Below, in pieces: positions 9,173-18,320 of a stretch of 64,000 bases of DNA. The notes beneath the pieces were generated by a model. That model did no database searches, was not told where the DNA came from, and saw only the letters and a list, made by a program, of their open reading frames with translations. The stretch's first letter is position 1. The number at the start of each line of letters is the position of its first letter. The position numbers and the translations under genes are program-made. The stretch covers positions 55,259 to 119,258 of the forward strand of contig CAYSXR010000001.1 in the NCBI GenBank assembly GCA_964435035.1, in the 5' to 3' direction. This DNA comes from an uncultured Gammaproteobacteria bacterium (GTDB lineage: Bacteria; Patescibacteriota; Patescibacteriia; Magasanikbacterales; UBA922).

Positions 9173-11038
9173 ATGTTCTTAAAAAAGATAGTGATTGTTA
9201 ATTTTAAAAGTTGCAGAATTATCGTCCAGGATTTTTCTGAAGATAAGCCGAATATATACATAGGACCAAATGATTCAGGTAAGAGCGTTATTCTTGAGTC
9301 TATAGGTTGCATACTCAATAACAAGAAATTGGATTTTGAGTCAACAGGGAAGATAACTTCGGATGTCTCTAATACTCCAATTGATGAGTTACAATTTAAT
9401 AATTTATTCGTCACACTAAATCTTCCTATTTTTAAGTATGACCCGACATCGATTTATATAATTGGTTTTTTTGAATGTGAAGAATCAGATTCAAAAGAAT
9501 TTTTTGATGAAAATGCATCTAATCATCTTAAATGGAGTAGAGAAAGTTTTTCAGGTAATGATATAGTAATTTTAAAAAAATACTGTATTCAGCAAGAAAA
9601 TGGAGCTACTTTTTTATGTACGAAAGATAGTACTGATCCTTCGACCACTAAAGAATTGTGGAAACAGACTAAAACTGTTCTTGCAGGACTGACAAAGCAA
9701 TTAGGTATCGAAAAAGACGAAATTGATAATGAAAATGGAACTGGACCATTCAAAAATATAGAAGTACTCAGAGCTATTTATGCGAAAAGTGTAACTGAAT
9801 TGTGTTGGAGTGAATATCTTGATTATACTAAGGATTTAAAGACACTGTTCCCCATATTCAGATACTTTGATGCTAAAATTTCAATGGATGATGTAAAATC
9901 TATAGCTAAAGATACTTTGGCGGAAAAAATAGCCCCACATAAAGAAAAAATTGCTAAAGAAGCTGAAAAGATTAGTAAGGATGTAAGCGATGAAATAAAC
10001 AAGGATCTAAAAGAATTATCTGAAAAATTATTTGCAGATTTAGACTCGGTAAAAAGTATACAAATGGGGGTTAATTTTAATATACAGGAAAATATTTCAG
10101 ATGTTATTGTTCAAAAGTCTTCTAGTGATGGTGACATCAAATTAGATTCGCAGGGTGATGGTATTAAAAAACAAATATGGCTTGCCTTAATAAAATGGAA
10201 AAGCATGCAATCTATAAATGAGGGAGAGAAAAGCAAAAAAATGATTTGGTGTTTTGACGAGCCTGAAATACATTTATTTCCAAAAGCACAACGAAATTTA
10301 TTCACTGATATTAAAAATATATCAAAAGGAGTAGTTCAAAGTTTTGTCTGTACACATTCAACGATTTTTATTGATAAATTCGATATTGATTCAATACGAT
10401 TAGTTTCTCTTGAAAATCAATATTCTGTAGTATCTTCTTGTAAAGATGTTTCTGATATCCACTCTTCTTTATGTGTTAAAAATAGCGATATACTATTTCA
10501 TGATAAATTTTTTGTGGTCGAGGGTGAGACTGACATGCTCTTAATGCCACATTTTTATAAACTACACTTTGGTAGAGATATCAAAGAAGATAATATTCAA
10601 TTAATACATCTAGGGGGTAAAGATAATAGAAAGAAAAACTTAGAAATTTTTAACCAAATTTTGGAAGGTTTTAAGAAGCAAGATGATCTTGTTAATTATT
10701 TTTTCGATGGGGACTCGGCAATTCCTGCTACTGATAATGTATGTGTGATAGGTAGGTATGATATGGAGGATAGTATTTCTGATGAAATTTGGGTAAAACT
10801 TGTGAAAGAATCTTGTGATTTTGATATAACCACCTCTGATTTGCAAGAAATAAGAAGTTGTTTGGGCACCGAGCGTGATAAAAAATTTCATAAGTTATTA
10901 TCTAATCTTCTTGCGTCTAAGAATTCTCCAAAGTATTTACCGTCGAAAGGGCAAACTTTGGCTAATGAGTTAATTAAAATAATAAAGGCCGAACATGTGC
11001 CTAAAGAAATTTTAGAATTCTTTAAAAAAATAAAATAG
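9173..11038 (+). CDS. OLD-family ATP-dependent nuclease (ABC-type ATPase plus C-terminal Toprim), with a GajA/class-2 OLD-like architecture
   Basis: Walker A GPNDSGKS near the N-terminus, Walker B IWCFDEPEIHLF, Toprim VVEGETD plus DGDS. 621 aa, about 27% GC. Confidence 0.65.
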   Translation: MFLKKIVIVNFKSCRIIVQDFSEDKPNIYIGPNDSGKSVILESIGCILNNKKLDFESTGKITSDVSNTPIDELQFNNLFVTLNLPIFKYDPTSIYIIGFFECEESDSKEFFDENASNHLKWSRESFSGNDIVILKKYCIQQENGATFLCTKDSTDPSTTKELWKQTKTVLAGLTKQLGIEKDEIDNENGTGPFKNIEVLRAIYAKSVTELCWSEYLDYTKDLKTLFPIFRYFDAKISMDDVKSIAKDTLAEKIAPHKEKIAKEAEKISKDVSDEINKDLKELSEKLFADLDSVKSIQMGVNFNIQENISDVIVQKSSSDGDIKLDSQGDGIKKQIWLALIKWKSMQSINEGEKSKKMIWCFDEPEIHLFPKAQRNLFTDIKNISKGVVQSFVCTHSTIFIDKFDIDSIRLVSLENQYSVVSSCKDVSDIHSSLCVKNSDILFHDKFFVVEGETDMLLMPHFYKLHFGRDIKEDNIQLIHLGGKDNRKKNLEIFNQILEGFKKQDDLVNYFFDGDSAIPATDNVCVIGRYDMEDSISDEIWVKLVKESCDFDITTSDLQEIRSCLGTERDKKFHKLLSNLLASKNSPKYLPSKGQTLANELIKIIKAEHVPKEILEFFKKIK

Positions 11039-11047
11039 GTTTAAACT

Positions 11048-11587
11048 GTGAAAGAAAAGAATTTTCAAAAGATGTTTGACGTGGATAGGCTCGAGTATAA
11101 TCTGAGAATATCGTCATTATATTTAACAGCCTATGAACTCTTAAAAAGTTCAATAGTGGACAGGCTTGTTAGTTTTTTTTCAGATTTTAATTATAAAGAT
11201 GGTAAGCCTGTAAAAACACTTGAATATAAAAATGAGCTTAATAAATTTGATAAAAATGATAAATTTAGAGCTTCATGTCTATGGCTTCATGATATGAAAG
11301 CCTTAGATATGAAGGATGTAACTGAAATTCTAAAAATTAGAGAACATAGAAATGAAATTGCTCATGAACTAGCAAAATTTTTGATAGATGATACGCAAGA
11401 GATCGATATAAATAAATTCCACAGTATCAATAATTTATTAAAAAAAGTTGATGTTTGGTGGATTATTAATTTCGAGATGACTATTATGCCAGACTTTAAT
11501 ATTAATTCAGAACAAGGTGTAAATGAAGTGGAATCTGGTAATATGCTCCTTTTGGAATATTTAATATCAAAAGTTAAAATAAGTTGA
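11048..11587 (+). CDS. hypothetical protein (179 aa), probably co-transcribed with the OLD-family gene
   Basis: 9-bp gap from the upstream gene and the same AT-rich composition. No motif recognised. Confidence 0.4.
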   Translation: MKEKNFQKMFDVDRLEYNLRISSLYLTAYELLKSSIVDRLVSFFSDFNYKDGKPVKTLEYKNELNKFDKNDKFRASCLWLHDMKALDMKDVTEILKIREHRNEIAHELAKFLIDDTQEIDINKFHSINNLLKKVDVWWIINFEMTIMPDFNINSEQGVNEVESGNMLLLEYLISKVKIS

Positions 11588-11645
11588 ATAAAGTTCAAGA
11601 AATGTAATGTAGTTTTAAGGATATTCAGTAAAATTAATAACAAAA

Positions 11646-11846
11646 CAAAAACACCCGAATTCGGGTGTTTTTAGGAGGGGATGACTAGCGGTCACCCTCC
11701 AGGGTGTGTCCAACAGTGTGCACCACCACGGTCCAGATAATTACACCTACAGTCAACCAAGGGATTTTATAGGGGTATTTTTAGGTAGTGAGGGATGCCT
11801 CTCGGTCGGGGGTCAGTTTCTATGGGAAATGAGACAAATGAGACAG
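11646..11846. repeat. Dispersed ~200-bp repeat, copy B (hairpin aaaaacacccgaattcgggtgttttt at 11646-11672; ends ...aatgagacaaatgagaca)
   Basis: Shares the hairpin, the 'gatgactagcggtcaccctccaggg-gtgtccaacagtgtgc' block, 'ctacagtcaacc', 'ctctcggtcgggggtca' and the terminal tandem 9-mer with copies A, C and D. Confidence 0.6.
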
Positions 11847-11919
11847 TTTATAAGATAGGTGAAAAAGAGCTAATTTAAGCAAATTTTGCTAGGTTGAGTC
11901 AAATTATTGCATAAATACC

Positions 11920-11948
11920 TTGACAAAATCATTAATATATGGTATACT
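11920..11948 (+). promoter_or_regulatory. Consensus promoter TTGACA-17-TATACT, followed by a 10-bp perfect inverted repeat (gtacaggcac...gtgcctgtac, 12012-12057) in the leader
   Basis: Seen directly. The downstream RBS AAGGAG is at 12101 and the ATG at 12114. Confidence 0.4.
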
Positions 11949-12113
11949 CCTTTGTTGAATATTTACTATATAGTTCTTTAATAAAATCTCAGATATTACT
12001 TTAAGGTATCGGTACAGGCACGTTCTATATCAAAAATGGTATGAAGTGTGCCTGTACTTAGGCCCATATCCTTTCACGAGGTGTCACAAAGGCACCATTC
12101 AAGGAGTGAAGTC

Positions 12114-12338
12114 ATGTCCGAGACCAAGAAGAATTTCGAGAAGCGCGTGTTCGAGGCCACTGGCGTCGAGCTGTCCCAGATCCCGGTCGGAGAACCCAAC
12201 GATGCTCTGCTGCACATCATGTGCAAGAGGGGTAACGTCTACATCGTGGCGTATGGCTATCCTGACTATCAGGATGACAACGGCAACGATGTCTGGGAGT
12301 CCCGTCCGGAGAACTTCCGGGTCGTGACGCTCTCGTAG
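12114..12338 (+). CDS. Small high-GC hypothetical protein (75 aa), compositionally foreign
   Basis: Strong RBS and about 58% GC in a roughly 35% background. The hairpin ggggaaggt...accttcccc (12396-12422) lies downstream. Confidence 0.4.
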   Translation: MSETKKNFEKRVFEATGVELSQIPVGEPNDALLHIMCKRGNVYIVAYGYPDYQDDNGNDVWESRPENFRVVTLS

Positions 12339-12558
12339 TTTCAACTCTCCTAGTCCGCTAAACCCGGACGACTAGATAGGAGATCGTACAATCATGGGGA
12401 AGGTTTTTTAGTCACCTTCCCCATTGCCTCTACCGTTGAAAACGGTACTGATGAGTCCTTAACTAGAGGACGAAAGGTAAAAAGAGCCAGTCATTCTGGT
12501 CTTTTTTGTTTTAAGTTTTTCTGTTACCATAGATTTACCTTACTTAATTAAAATAAAT

Positions 12559-13581
12559 ATGGAGAGTTTTGGTCAGTATAGACCTGAGTCAGTAACTAAA
12601 AGACCTAATGATTTTAAAGAGCAGGTAAGAGTGGTGTATGAAAAGATGTTTCCTGAGATAATTAACCAAAATTTGGAAGACAGGGAAAAAATGCAGACGG
12701 ATGTTCTTGAGAGAGAGCGTGCTTTGGAAGCTAAAGACTTTTTTGATGCACTTAAAGGGTATGGTATTGATACTTCTATTATTGAGATTACTGAGAATAA
12801 TTTATTAAAAATATCTGTAAAAAATCATTTTTCAGAAAGACGGCTACCAGAAGGGTATGCGTATAAAGGTGGCGCGGCTCGGTCATTACTTTTACGGAAT
12901 TTACGAATTGACGCAAAGAATATTCCACGAGATGTCGATGTTGTTCGAATGGTAGAAAACGAACCAAACGAGGGTGACGATAATAGAGTTTCTCAAGAAT
13001 TTATGCCTGAGGATTTTGAGACGGGATATGGGGTAGAAAAGATGTTGGATCAGGACGAGTATTTTGAATCACGGGACTTAACACTCAATGAAGTTTTAGC
13101 TACCGATGAAGAAATTATAGCAACACCTACATGTGTTTTGGATAACGTGAGACGTATTATACGGATTACAGAATATGAAAAAGATGAGAATGGGAGAGTG
13201 AATTCAAAGATGCTTGCTAAAGTGCTAAGACTATATGCAGAATCAATTCATAAATATGGTGATGCACAAATTGAGGGTGTGGATGATTGGCAATTTGAAG
13301 AAGCGTTTATCTCTCCATTTTGGTGTGCATTACAACTTGACCGAGCTTTTAATATAAATAGGCAGGTGGCGGTAGAATATATAGCACAATTAAAAGAACG
13401 TCGTCAGATTCCATTGGATATTGAAACTCCTGAACAGGCAGCTGAATATTTTCTTTCGTCAATTACAGGAAATTTTTATTATAGACATGCGGAATTAGAG
13501 AAGTTTGAATTGGAAGATAAATGGGAAGAGGAATTTGAGCGTTTACCTAAATTTGAAGGTAGTTCTCGAAGAAGTATTTAA
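12559..13581 (+). CDS. Nucleotidyltransferase of the CCA-adding/poly(A)-polymerase head-domain type (divergent)
   Basis: YKGGAARSLLLRNLRIDAKNIPRDVDVV resembles the GGaVRDxLLG...DxD head-domain signature. 340 aa, low GC. Confidence 0.35.
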   Translation: MESFGQYRPESVTKRPNDFKEQVRVVYEKMFPEIINQNLEDREKMQTDVLERERALEAKDFFDALKGYGIDTSIIEITENNLLKISVKNHFSERRLPEGYAYKGGAARSLLLRNLRIDAKNIPRDVDVVRMVENEPNEGDDNRVSQEFMPEDFETGYGVEKMLDQDEYFESRDLTLNEVLATDEEIIATPTCVLDNVRRIIRITEYEKDENGRVNSKMLAKVLRLYAESIHKYGDAQIEGVDDWQFEEAFISPFWCALQLDRAFNINRQVAVEYIAQLKERRQIPLDIETPEQAAEYFLSSITGNFYYRHAELEKFELEDKWEEEFERLPKFEGSSRRSI

Positions 13582-13601
13582 CTTATATTAAGTTAAATAT
13601 T

Positions 13602-13804
13602 AAAAAACACCCAAAAACCGGGTGTTTTTTAATGGGGGGATGACTAGCGGTCACCCTCCAGGGGGTGTGGAACAGTGTGCACACCCTCAGTCCAGAATTT
13701 TTCATCTACAGTCAACCATGGGCTTTTTCGAGGTAGTTTTGAAAGGGTAGGGGAACCCTCTCGGACGGGGGTCAATTTTTATTAAAATGAGACAAATGAG
13801 ACAC
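13602..13804. repeat. Dispersed ~200-bp repeat, copy C
   Basis: Hairpin aaaaaacacccaaaaaccgggtgtttttt, then sequence nearly identical to copy A through ...aatgagacaaatgagacac. Confidence 0.65.
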
Positions 13805-13826
13805 AGAATACTGTATTTAAATGATA

Positions 13827-13852
13827 AGCCCTCTCCTTGTTTGGAGAGGGCT
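13827..13852. terminator. Perfect 10-bp stem hairpin (agccctctcc-ttgttt-ggagagggct) at the 3' end of the minus-strand Hsp70-like gene
   Basis: Seen directly, 34 bp past the stop of the 13886-15169 (-) gene. Confidence 0.45.
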
Positions 13853-13885
13853 CTGTCTTGCCACGTGGACGCGTTTCTTGGCTTC

Positions 13886-15169
13886 TCAGCCGTTACGCGC
13901 ACCATAGGTAGCGAGACCATACGCGACTGATGCGAAGGCGTCACCTGTCACGACCTTGCCTGTTTCGGGGAACAAGTCCTTGAGCCTGCGTTGAAACGCT
14001 GGAACATGGGACGTGCCACCCGTCACGAAGACGTGGTCGATTTCGTCAGGGATGATGTCATGCTTGTCGAGGAACTTTTCCAGCTCCGAGATGATGCCAT
14101 CGATGACTTGTAAGGTATAGGCTTCGAATTCATCGCGAGTCAACGTCGTGTTGACGTCGAGGTCGTCCTCCTCGAAACGAAGCGCAGTGCTATCGGTTCC
14201 GGTGAGGTTTTTCTTTGCCTGCTCGATCTCCCTGAAGAGTTGCAGACCGTAGTTACCCTGCACGAGGGTCATGAGCCGTTTGATCGCCTTGGGATTGTCC
14301 GAATGACGTTGGATCTCGATGATCGTGTTGATCGTCTTTCGGTCCCGAAGCAGGGGGATCAGGTGCGGTCGCCGGAGTTGGTAGGTGATCGCATGCGGCA
14401 TGGGCATCACGTTGCCGAACATGCTCTTGTAGGTGCTGTTGCGCCCGAAGAGATGTGCCAACTTTTCCCACATGATGGCCGAATCGAAGTCGTCTCCTCC
14501 CAATCGAGTACCGGCTACACCGATGACGTCGATGGTTCCTGACGGCATGACTTTGGCCAGGGTGAAGTCGGATGTTCCTCCGCCGATGTCGCACACCACG
14601 ACCGTTTGAGGGTCGGTGTTGTGAAGCTTGTGGGCGTAGGCGTAGAGCGCACCGACCGGTTCTTCGCAGAGCGTAATCGGACCAAAGCCAGCTCGTGCTG
14701 CGGCTCGGGTCAAACGCTCTTTTGCGATCTGGTGCATTTCCGGATCGTTCGAGAACCTGACAGGATGTCCGAGGACCACCTCCTTAATCTCGATCCCCGT
14801 CTCATCGAGGACTCGTCGCTTCAGAAGGTTGAGGAAGGTATAGACCAAATCCTCCGCGTTCATCTGCTTGCCCTGGATGATGGTGTGGTCGAACGTTCTA
14901 CTCGACAACGTCGACTTGATCGAGCGGAGGTAGCGACCATTGTCAGGATCGTCCATGTACTCTCTGGTAGCCGCTTCTCCGATCAGGATTCGTGATGTTC
15001 CATTTTCAAAGAAAAGGACAGTTGGAGTTGAGTTTACGCGTGTATCTCCTTGAGAAAAGGTGAGGGGTACCGTAGTGGTGCCATCGCTCACGGCGACAAC
15101 AGTATTGGTGGTTCCGAAATCCAGACCGATTACCTTTTTCACTTTCTTGTTCCTTGCGTGTATGAACAA
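13886..15169 (-). CDS. Hsp70-family ATPase, nucleotide-binding domain only (YegD-like), high-GC foreign gene
   Basis: IGLDFGTTNT, VVCDIGGGTSDF, LGGDDFD and VFVTGGTSHVPAFQ match Hsp70/actin-fold NBD motifs. There is no substrate-binding domain. GC is about 57%. Confidence 0.6.
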   Translation of the reverse strand: MFIHARNKKVKKVIGLDFGTTNTVVAVSDGTTTVPLTFSQGDTRVNSTPTVLFFENGTSRILIGEAATREYMDDPDNGRYLRSIKSTLSSRTFDHTIIQGKQMNAEDLVYTFLNLLKRRVLDETGIEIKEVVLGHPVRFSNDPEMHQIAKERLTRAAARAGFGPITLCEEPVGALYAYAHKLHNTDPQTVVVCDIGGGTSDFTLAKVMPSGTIDVIGVAGTRLGGDDFDSAIMWEKLAHLFGRNSTYKSMFGNVMPMPHAITYQLRRPHLIPLLRDRKTINTIIEIQRHSDNPKAIKRLMTLVQGNYGLQLFREIEQAKKNLTGTDSTALRFEEDDLDVNTTLTRDEFEAYTLQVIDGIISELEKFLDKHDIIPDEIDHVFVTGGTSHVPAFQRRLKDLFPETGKVVTGDAFASVAYGLATYGARNG

Positions 15170-15400
15170 AAGCTACTCTAGCATAATAAGTGAAAAAATC
15201 AAGGCTAATGCTAGAATTAAGAATTTCTAGTAGATTAAGATTTTTTGGCTAGTTTATCATTGTTTTACCGATAAAAAGTTGACGAAAAGCTATGTATAAA
15301 GTATAATTTTCGTATTCTAAAGATATATGAAAAGATTGGTATTAGAAAAGTTTTTACTATGTTAACGCAATAAAACCGTCCAATTAGGCGGTTTTTCTAT

Positions 15401-17239
15401 ATGCTAAATGATAATGTTAAAAAAATAATGGTTGATACTGCTAGAAAGCATATCAAGCAAACGCAAGAAAAGATTAGCGAAGCCGTAGAAATTCAGGAGG
15501 AACGTTTGCGTACTAAAAATAAAAGAACAATTGGCTTAATGCCAAGTGATGTATTAGTTGAAGCAAAATTAACAAGTATTCTCCAAGAGCAGGTTGAACA
15601 TTTAAAGCAGCTATTTCCATCACCTTACTTTACATATTGTGAATTCGAAACAGATTCAGGAGATAACAAGAGACTGTATTTTGGAAAATTTTCATTTCGT
15701 GATCAGGATATTTATTCGTGGGTTACTCCGATTGCAACACTTCGTTTTGAACAGTTAGGTCGTGTAAGTTATAAAAGACCTGATAATGCGATTAAGCATG
15801 GAACCTTACTAAAAAGAGATCAGTATCTTATTGTTGATGGTAAATTAGTTTTTTTAGCAACTGAAGAAAAAGGAATACCAAGAGAGTTGGTATATCAAGA
15901 ACATTTTAGTCAAAAAAAAGAAGGATTCATATTGCCCGAAGTAATTGAGCAAATGGAAAAAGCCCAGGATCAGATTATCCGTGCAGGATATCGAGGCCCC
16001 TTAGTAATATCTGGCCCTGCAGGTTCTGGAAAAACAACTTTAGCTTTACATCGAGTAGCATTTTTAATGCAATCACCTGACAGTGCTGAATATTTTCCGC
16101 ATGATAAAATTTTAGTTTTTGTTCAAGATGAAAACACCAAAGATTATTTTTCACATCTCCTTCCTGAACTTGGGATTAAAGGTGTAGAGATTGTAACATT
16201 TACTGGGTGGGCATTGCAGGTATTAAGATTAAATGGTGTAGTTATCGAAAAAATAAATAATACGCAGGATACTAATCTCGAAATTTATAGGTATAATAAA
16301 TTAGAAATTCTAAAATTGGAAAAAAATATAGAGTGGAAAAAGGGAAGTCTTTTTTCTTTTTTGGATAAAGTTTACAAAAATACATTATCAGCAAAAGAGT
16401 ATAGTATTTTTGTAAAACAAAAAAAAGAAAAAAAGCTTGATCGTATTGATTTAATTTTTTTACTCACAGCAAAATATAATTCTTCAAAAGAATTTTCAGT
16501 ATTTCATGAAGTATACGAAGAATTAAAAAATGGCAGTTATCGCAAGAAGAAAATTGCACAGCCAACTCTGTATAATCTGCTCATTATTGATGAGTTTCAG
16601 AACTACCTTCCTGAAGAATTAAAAATACTGAAGTCATGTCTTAATAGTAGACTTAATTCAGTTGTCTACACGGGCGATTTCAATCAACAAGTAATTTCAG
16701 GCTCGATTAAGAATTGGAATGAAATTGATGAATTGGTGGATATTGAAAGAATGATTATTTTACAAAAAGTATATAGAAATACGAAGCAAATTTTATTATA
16801 TATTCGTTCTTTGGGATATGAAGTTAATATTCCGGAACAGTTAAAAGAGGGAGAAGAGGTTAGAGAGATTAAAACAAATAGTTGGAAAGAAGAAATTGAG
16901 TTTATCACTAGTAAAGATGAATCTCAGGATATGGTTATCGGTGTTTTAGCGTTTAATGAAAATTATCTAAAACCCTTTAAAGATTATTTTTCCAATAAAT
17001 CAAATATTCATATAATGACTATTAGTGAGTCACAGGGTGTGGAGTTTGAGTCAACATTTTTGGTAGGAATTGACGCTAGTATCTTTGATGTAAGTTTATT
17101 TCCAACACAAATGCAGGAAGAGAGAAAAAAAATGATAAAAGATTTGTTATATGTAGGCCTCACCCGTGCCATGAGTGGTATGCATGTTTGTGGTAAATAT
17201 TCTCTACGTGAACTATTTAAAGAATTTAATCCAAGTTAG
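15401..17239 (+). CDS. Superfamily-1 UvrD/Rep/HelD-like DNA helicase
   Basis: GPAGSGKTTLALHR (Walker A), LLIIDEFQNY (motif II), YVGLTRAM (motif VI), and a ~190-aa N-terminal extension as in HelD-like proteins. Confidence 0.55.
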   Translation: MLNDNVKKIMVDTARKHIKQTQEKISEAVEIQEERLRTKNKRTIGLMPSDVLVEAKLTSILQEQVEHLKQLFPSPYFTYCEFETDSGDNKRLYFGKFSFRDQDIYSWVTPIATLRFEQLGRVSYKRPDNAIKHGTLLKRDQYLIVDGKLVFLATEEKGIPRELVYQEHFSQKKEGFILPEVIEQMEKAQDQIIRAGYRGPLVISGPAGSGKTTLALHRVAFLMQSPDSAEYFPHDKILVFVQDENTKDYFSHLLPELGIKGVEIVTFTGWALQVLRLNGVVIEKINNTQDTNLEIYRYNKLEILKLEKNIEWKKGSLFSFLDKVYKNTLSAKEYSIFVKQKKEKKLDRIDLIFLLTAKYNSSKEFSVFHEVYEELKNGSYRKKKIAQPTLYNLLIIDEFQNYLPEELKILKSCLNSRLNSVVYTGDFNQQVISGSIKNWNEIDELVDIERMIILQKVYRNTKQILLYIRSLGYEVNIPEQLKEGEEVREIKTNSWKEEIEFITSKDESQDMVIGVLAFNENYLKPFKDYFSNKSNIHIMTISESQGVEFESTFLVGIDASIFDVSLFPTQMQEERKKMIKDLLYVGLTRAMSGMHVCGKYSLRELFKEFNPS

Positions 17240-17240
17240 T

Positions 17241-18320
17241 ATGAAAGAACTCACCGTCTCGCTTCCTCATGGAAAAAAACAAAAGATTTATATAGGCTCA
17301 AATTTGAGTGAGCGTCTGGTGGAAATTACGCGAAAAGAATATGACCGAGTATTTTTAGTAATTGATAAAGAGGTATATAAGAGGTATAAAGTTTTTATAC
17401 AGAATTTAATTTCAAAGATAAAACCAGTGTCAATACATGTGATAAGAGCAGGTTCAAAAGATTTATCAGAAAGTGTAAAACTTATTAATGCAATGGTGGA
17501 GGCAGAGTTGAACCGAAATAGTTGCGTGCTTGCATTTGGAGGAGGATATGTGGGTGATTTGGTAGGATTTTGCGCGTCAATTTACATGCGGGGTATTGAT
17601 ATGCTGTATTATCCGACTACGTTTATTTCCCAGGCTGATACTGTATTAGGAAAAGTTGGTGTCAATTATGATAATCATAAACATATTTTAGGAAGTTTCT
17701 TTTGTCCACGTTACACATTTTGTGATGAAGAGTTCTATCCCAAGAATGTATCAGAAAGTTTTTTATACGGACTAGTCGAAGTATGGAAGCATACACTCAT
17801 CAAAGAAGACAAGATTGTTTCGGACTACGTTGATGGTGCATTATTTCATAAAGAACTTCCTCCATTTGAAACAATCACATATCGATCAGTTGCAGCAAAG
17901 AAATTTTTTGTGCAAAATGATTTTCATGACACGAAAGGTCTGCACAAAGCTTTGAGTCTCGGACATACACTTTCAAATCACTTAGAATCTTTGGCAGAAA
18001 TACACCATGGTGTGGGAGTATTGATCGGTATTATTTTTGATACATTTTTATCAAAAGAACTAGGGCTTATTGATGATAAAAAGATGGGTTCAATATTGCG
18101 AATAGCGTCTCAGTTTAAAGAAAATTTTACAATTCCTCGGTCTATAGCGAGTATACTTAAAAGTAAGAATTTTTTAAGACGTGTTAAGTATGACAAGATC
18201 AATTCCCATAGTACCTTTACATTTGTTTTGCCCACTACCAAAGGTTATGTGATTAAAAAAGATATATCTGAGATAATGGTACAAAATGCGATTCGGTCTC
18301 TAAATAAATTTTTGCTATGA
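17241..18320 (+). CDS. Sugar-phosphate cyclase of the 3-dehydroquinate-synthase superfamily (DHQS/DOIS/EEVS-like)
   Basis: AFGGGYVGDLVGFCASIYMRGIDMLYYPTTFISQADTVLGKVGVNY closely matches the DHQS NAD/phosphate-binding core. GHTLSNHLE and HHGVGV match the metal ligands. Confidence 0.6.
   Translation: MKELTVSLPHGKKQKIYIGSNLSERLVEITRKEYDRVFLVIDKEVYKRYKVFIQNLISKIKPVSIHVIRAGSKDLSESVKLINAMVEAELNRNSCVLAFGGGYVGDLVGFCASIYMRGIDMLYYPTTFISQADTVLGKVGVNYDNHKHILGSFFCPRYTFCDEEFYPKNVSESFLYGLVEVWKHTLIKEDKIVSDYVDGALFHKELPPFETITYRSVAAKKFFVQNDFHDTKGLHKALSLGHTLSNHLESLAEIHHGVGVLIGIIFDTFLSKELGLIDDKKMGSILRIASQFKENFTIPRSIASILKSKNFLRRVKYDKINSHSTFTFVLPTTKGYVIKKDISEIMVQNAIRSLNKFLL

Noticed and set aside
12046-12338. Longer alternative ORFs 12046-12327 and 12048-12338 from the track
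   Set aside because: They start inside the leader hairpin and lack an RBS. The ATG at 12114 has a canonical AAGGAG at -12. The other frame is a high-GC artefact.
3122-15169. Integron-like cassette array, with the repeats acting as attC
   Set aside because: No intI gene is present. The copies are separated by native genes. The cargo is in both orientations and carries its own strong promoters. The repeat is ~200 bp and not an attC-like imperfect palindrome.
17241-18320. Calling the DHQS-like gene aroB of the shikimate pathway
   Set aside because: There are no other aro genes nearby, and its neighbours are kinases, a HAD phosphatase, a PRTase and a GT. The superfamily-level call is retained.
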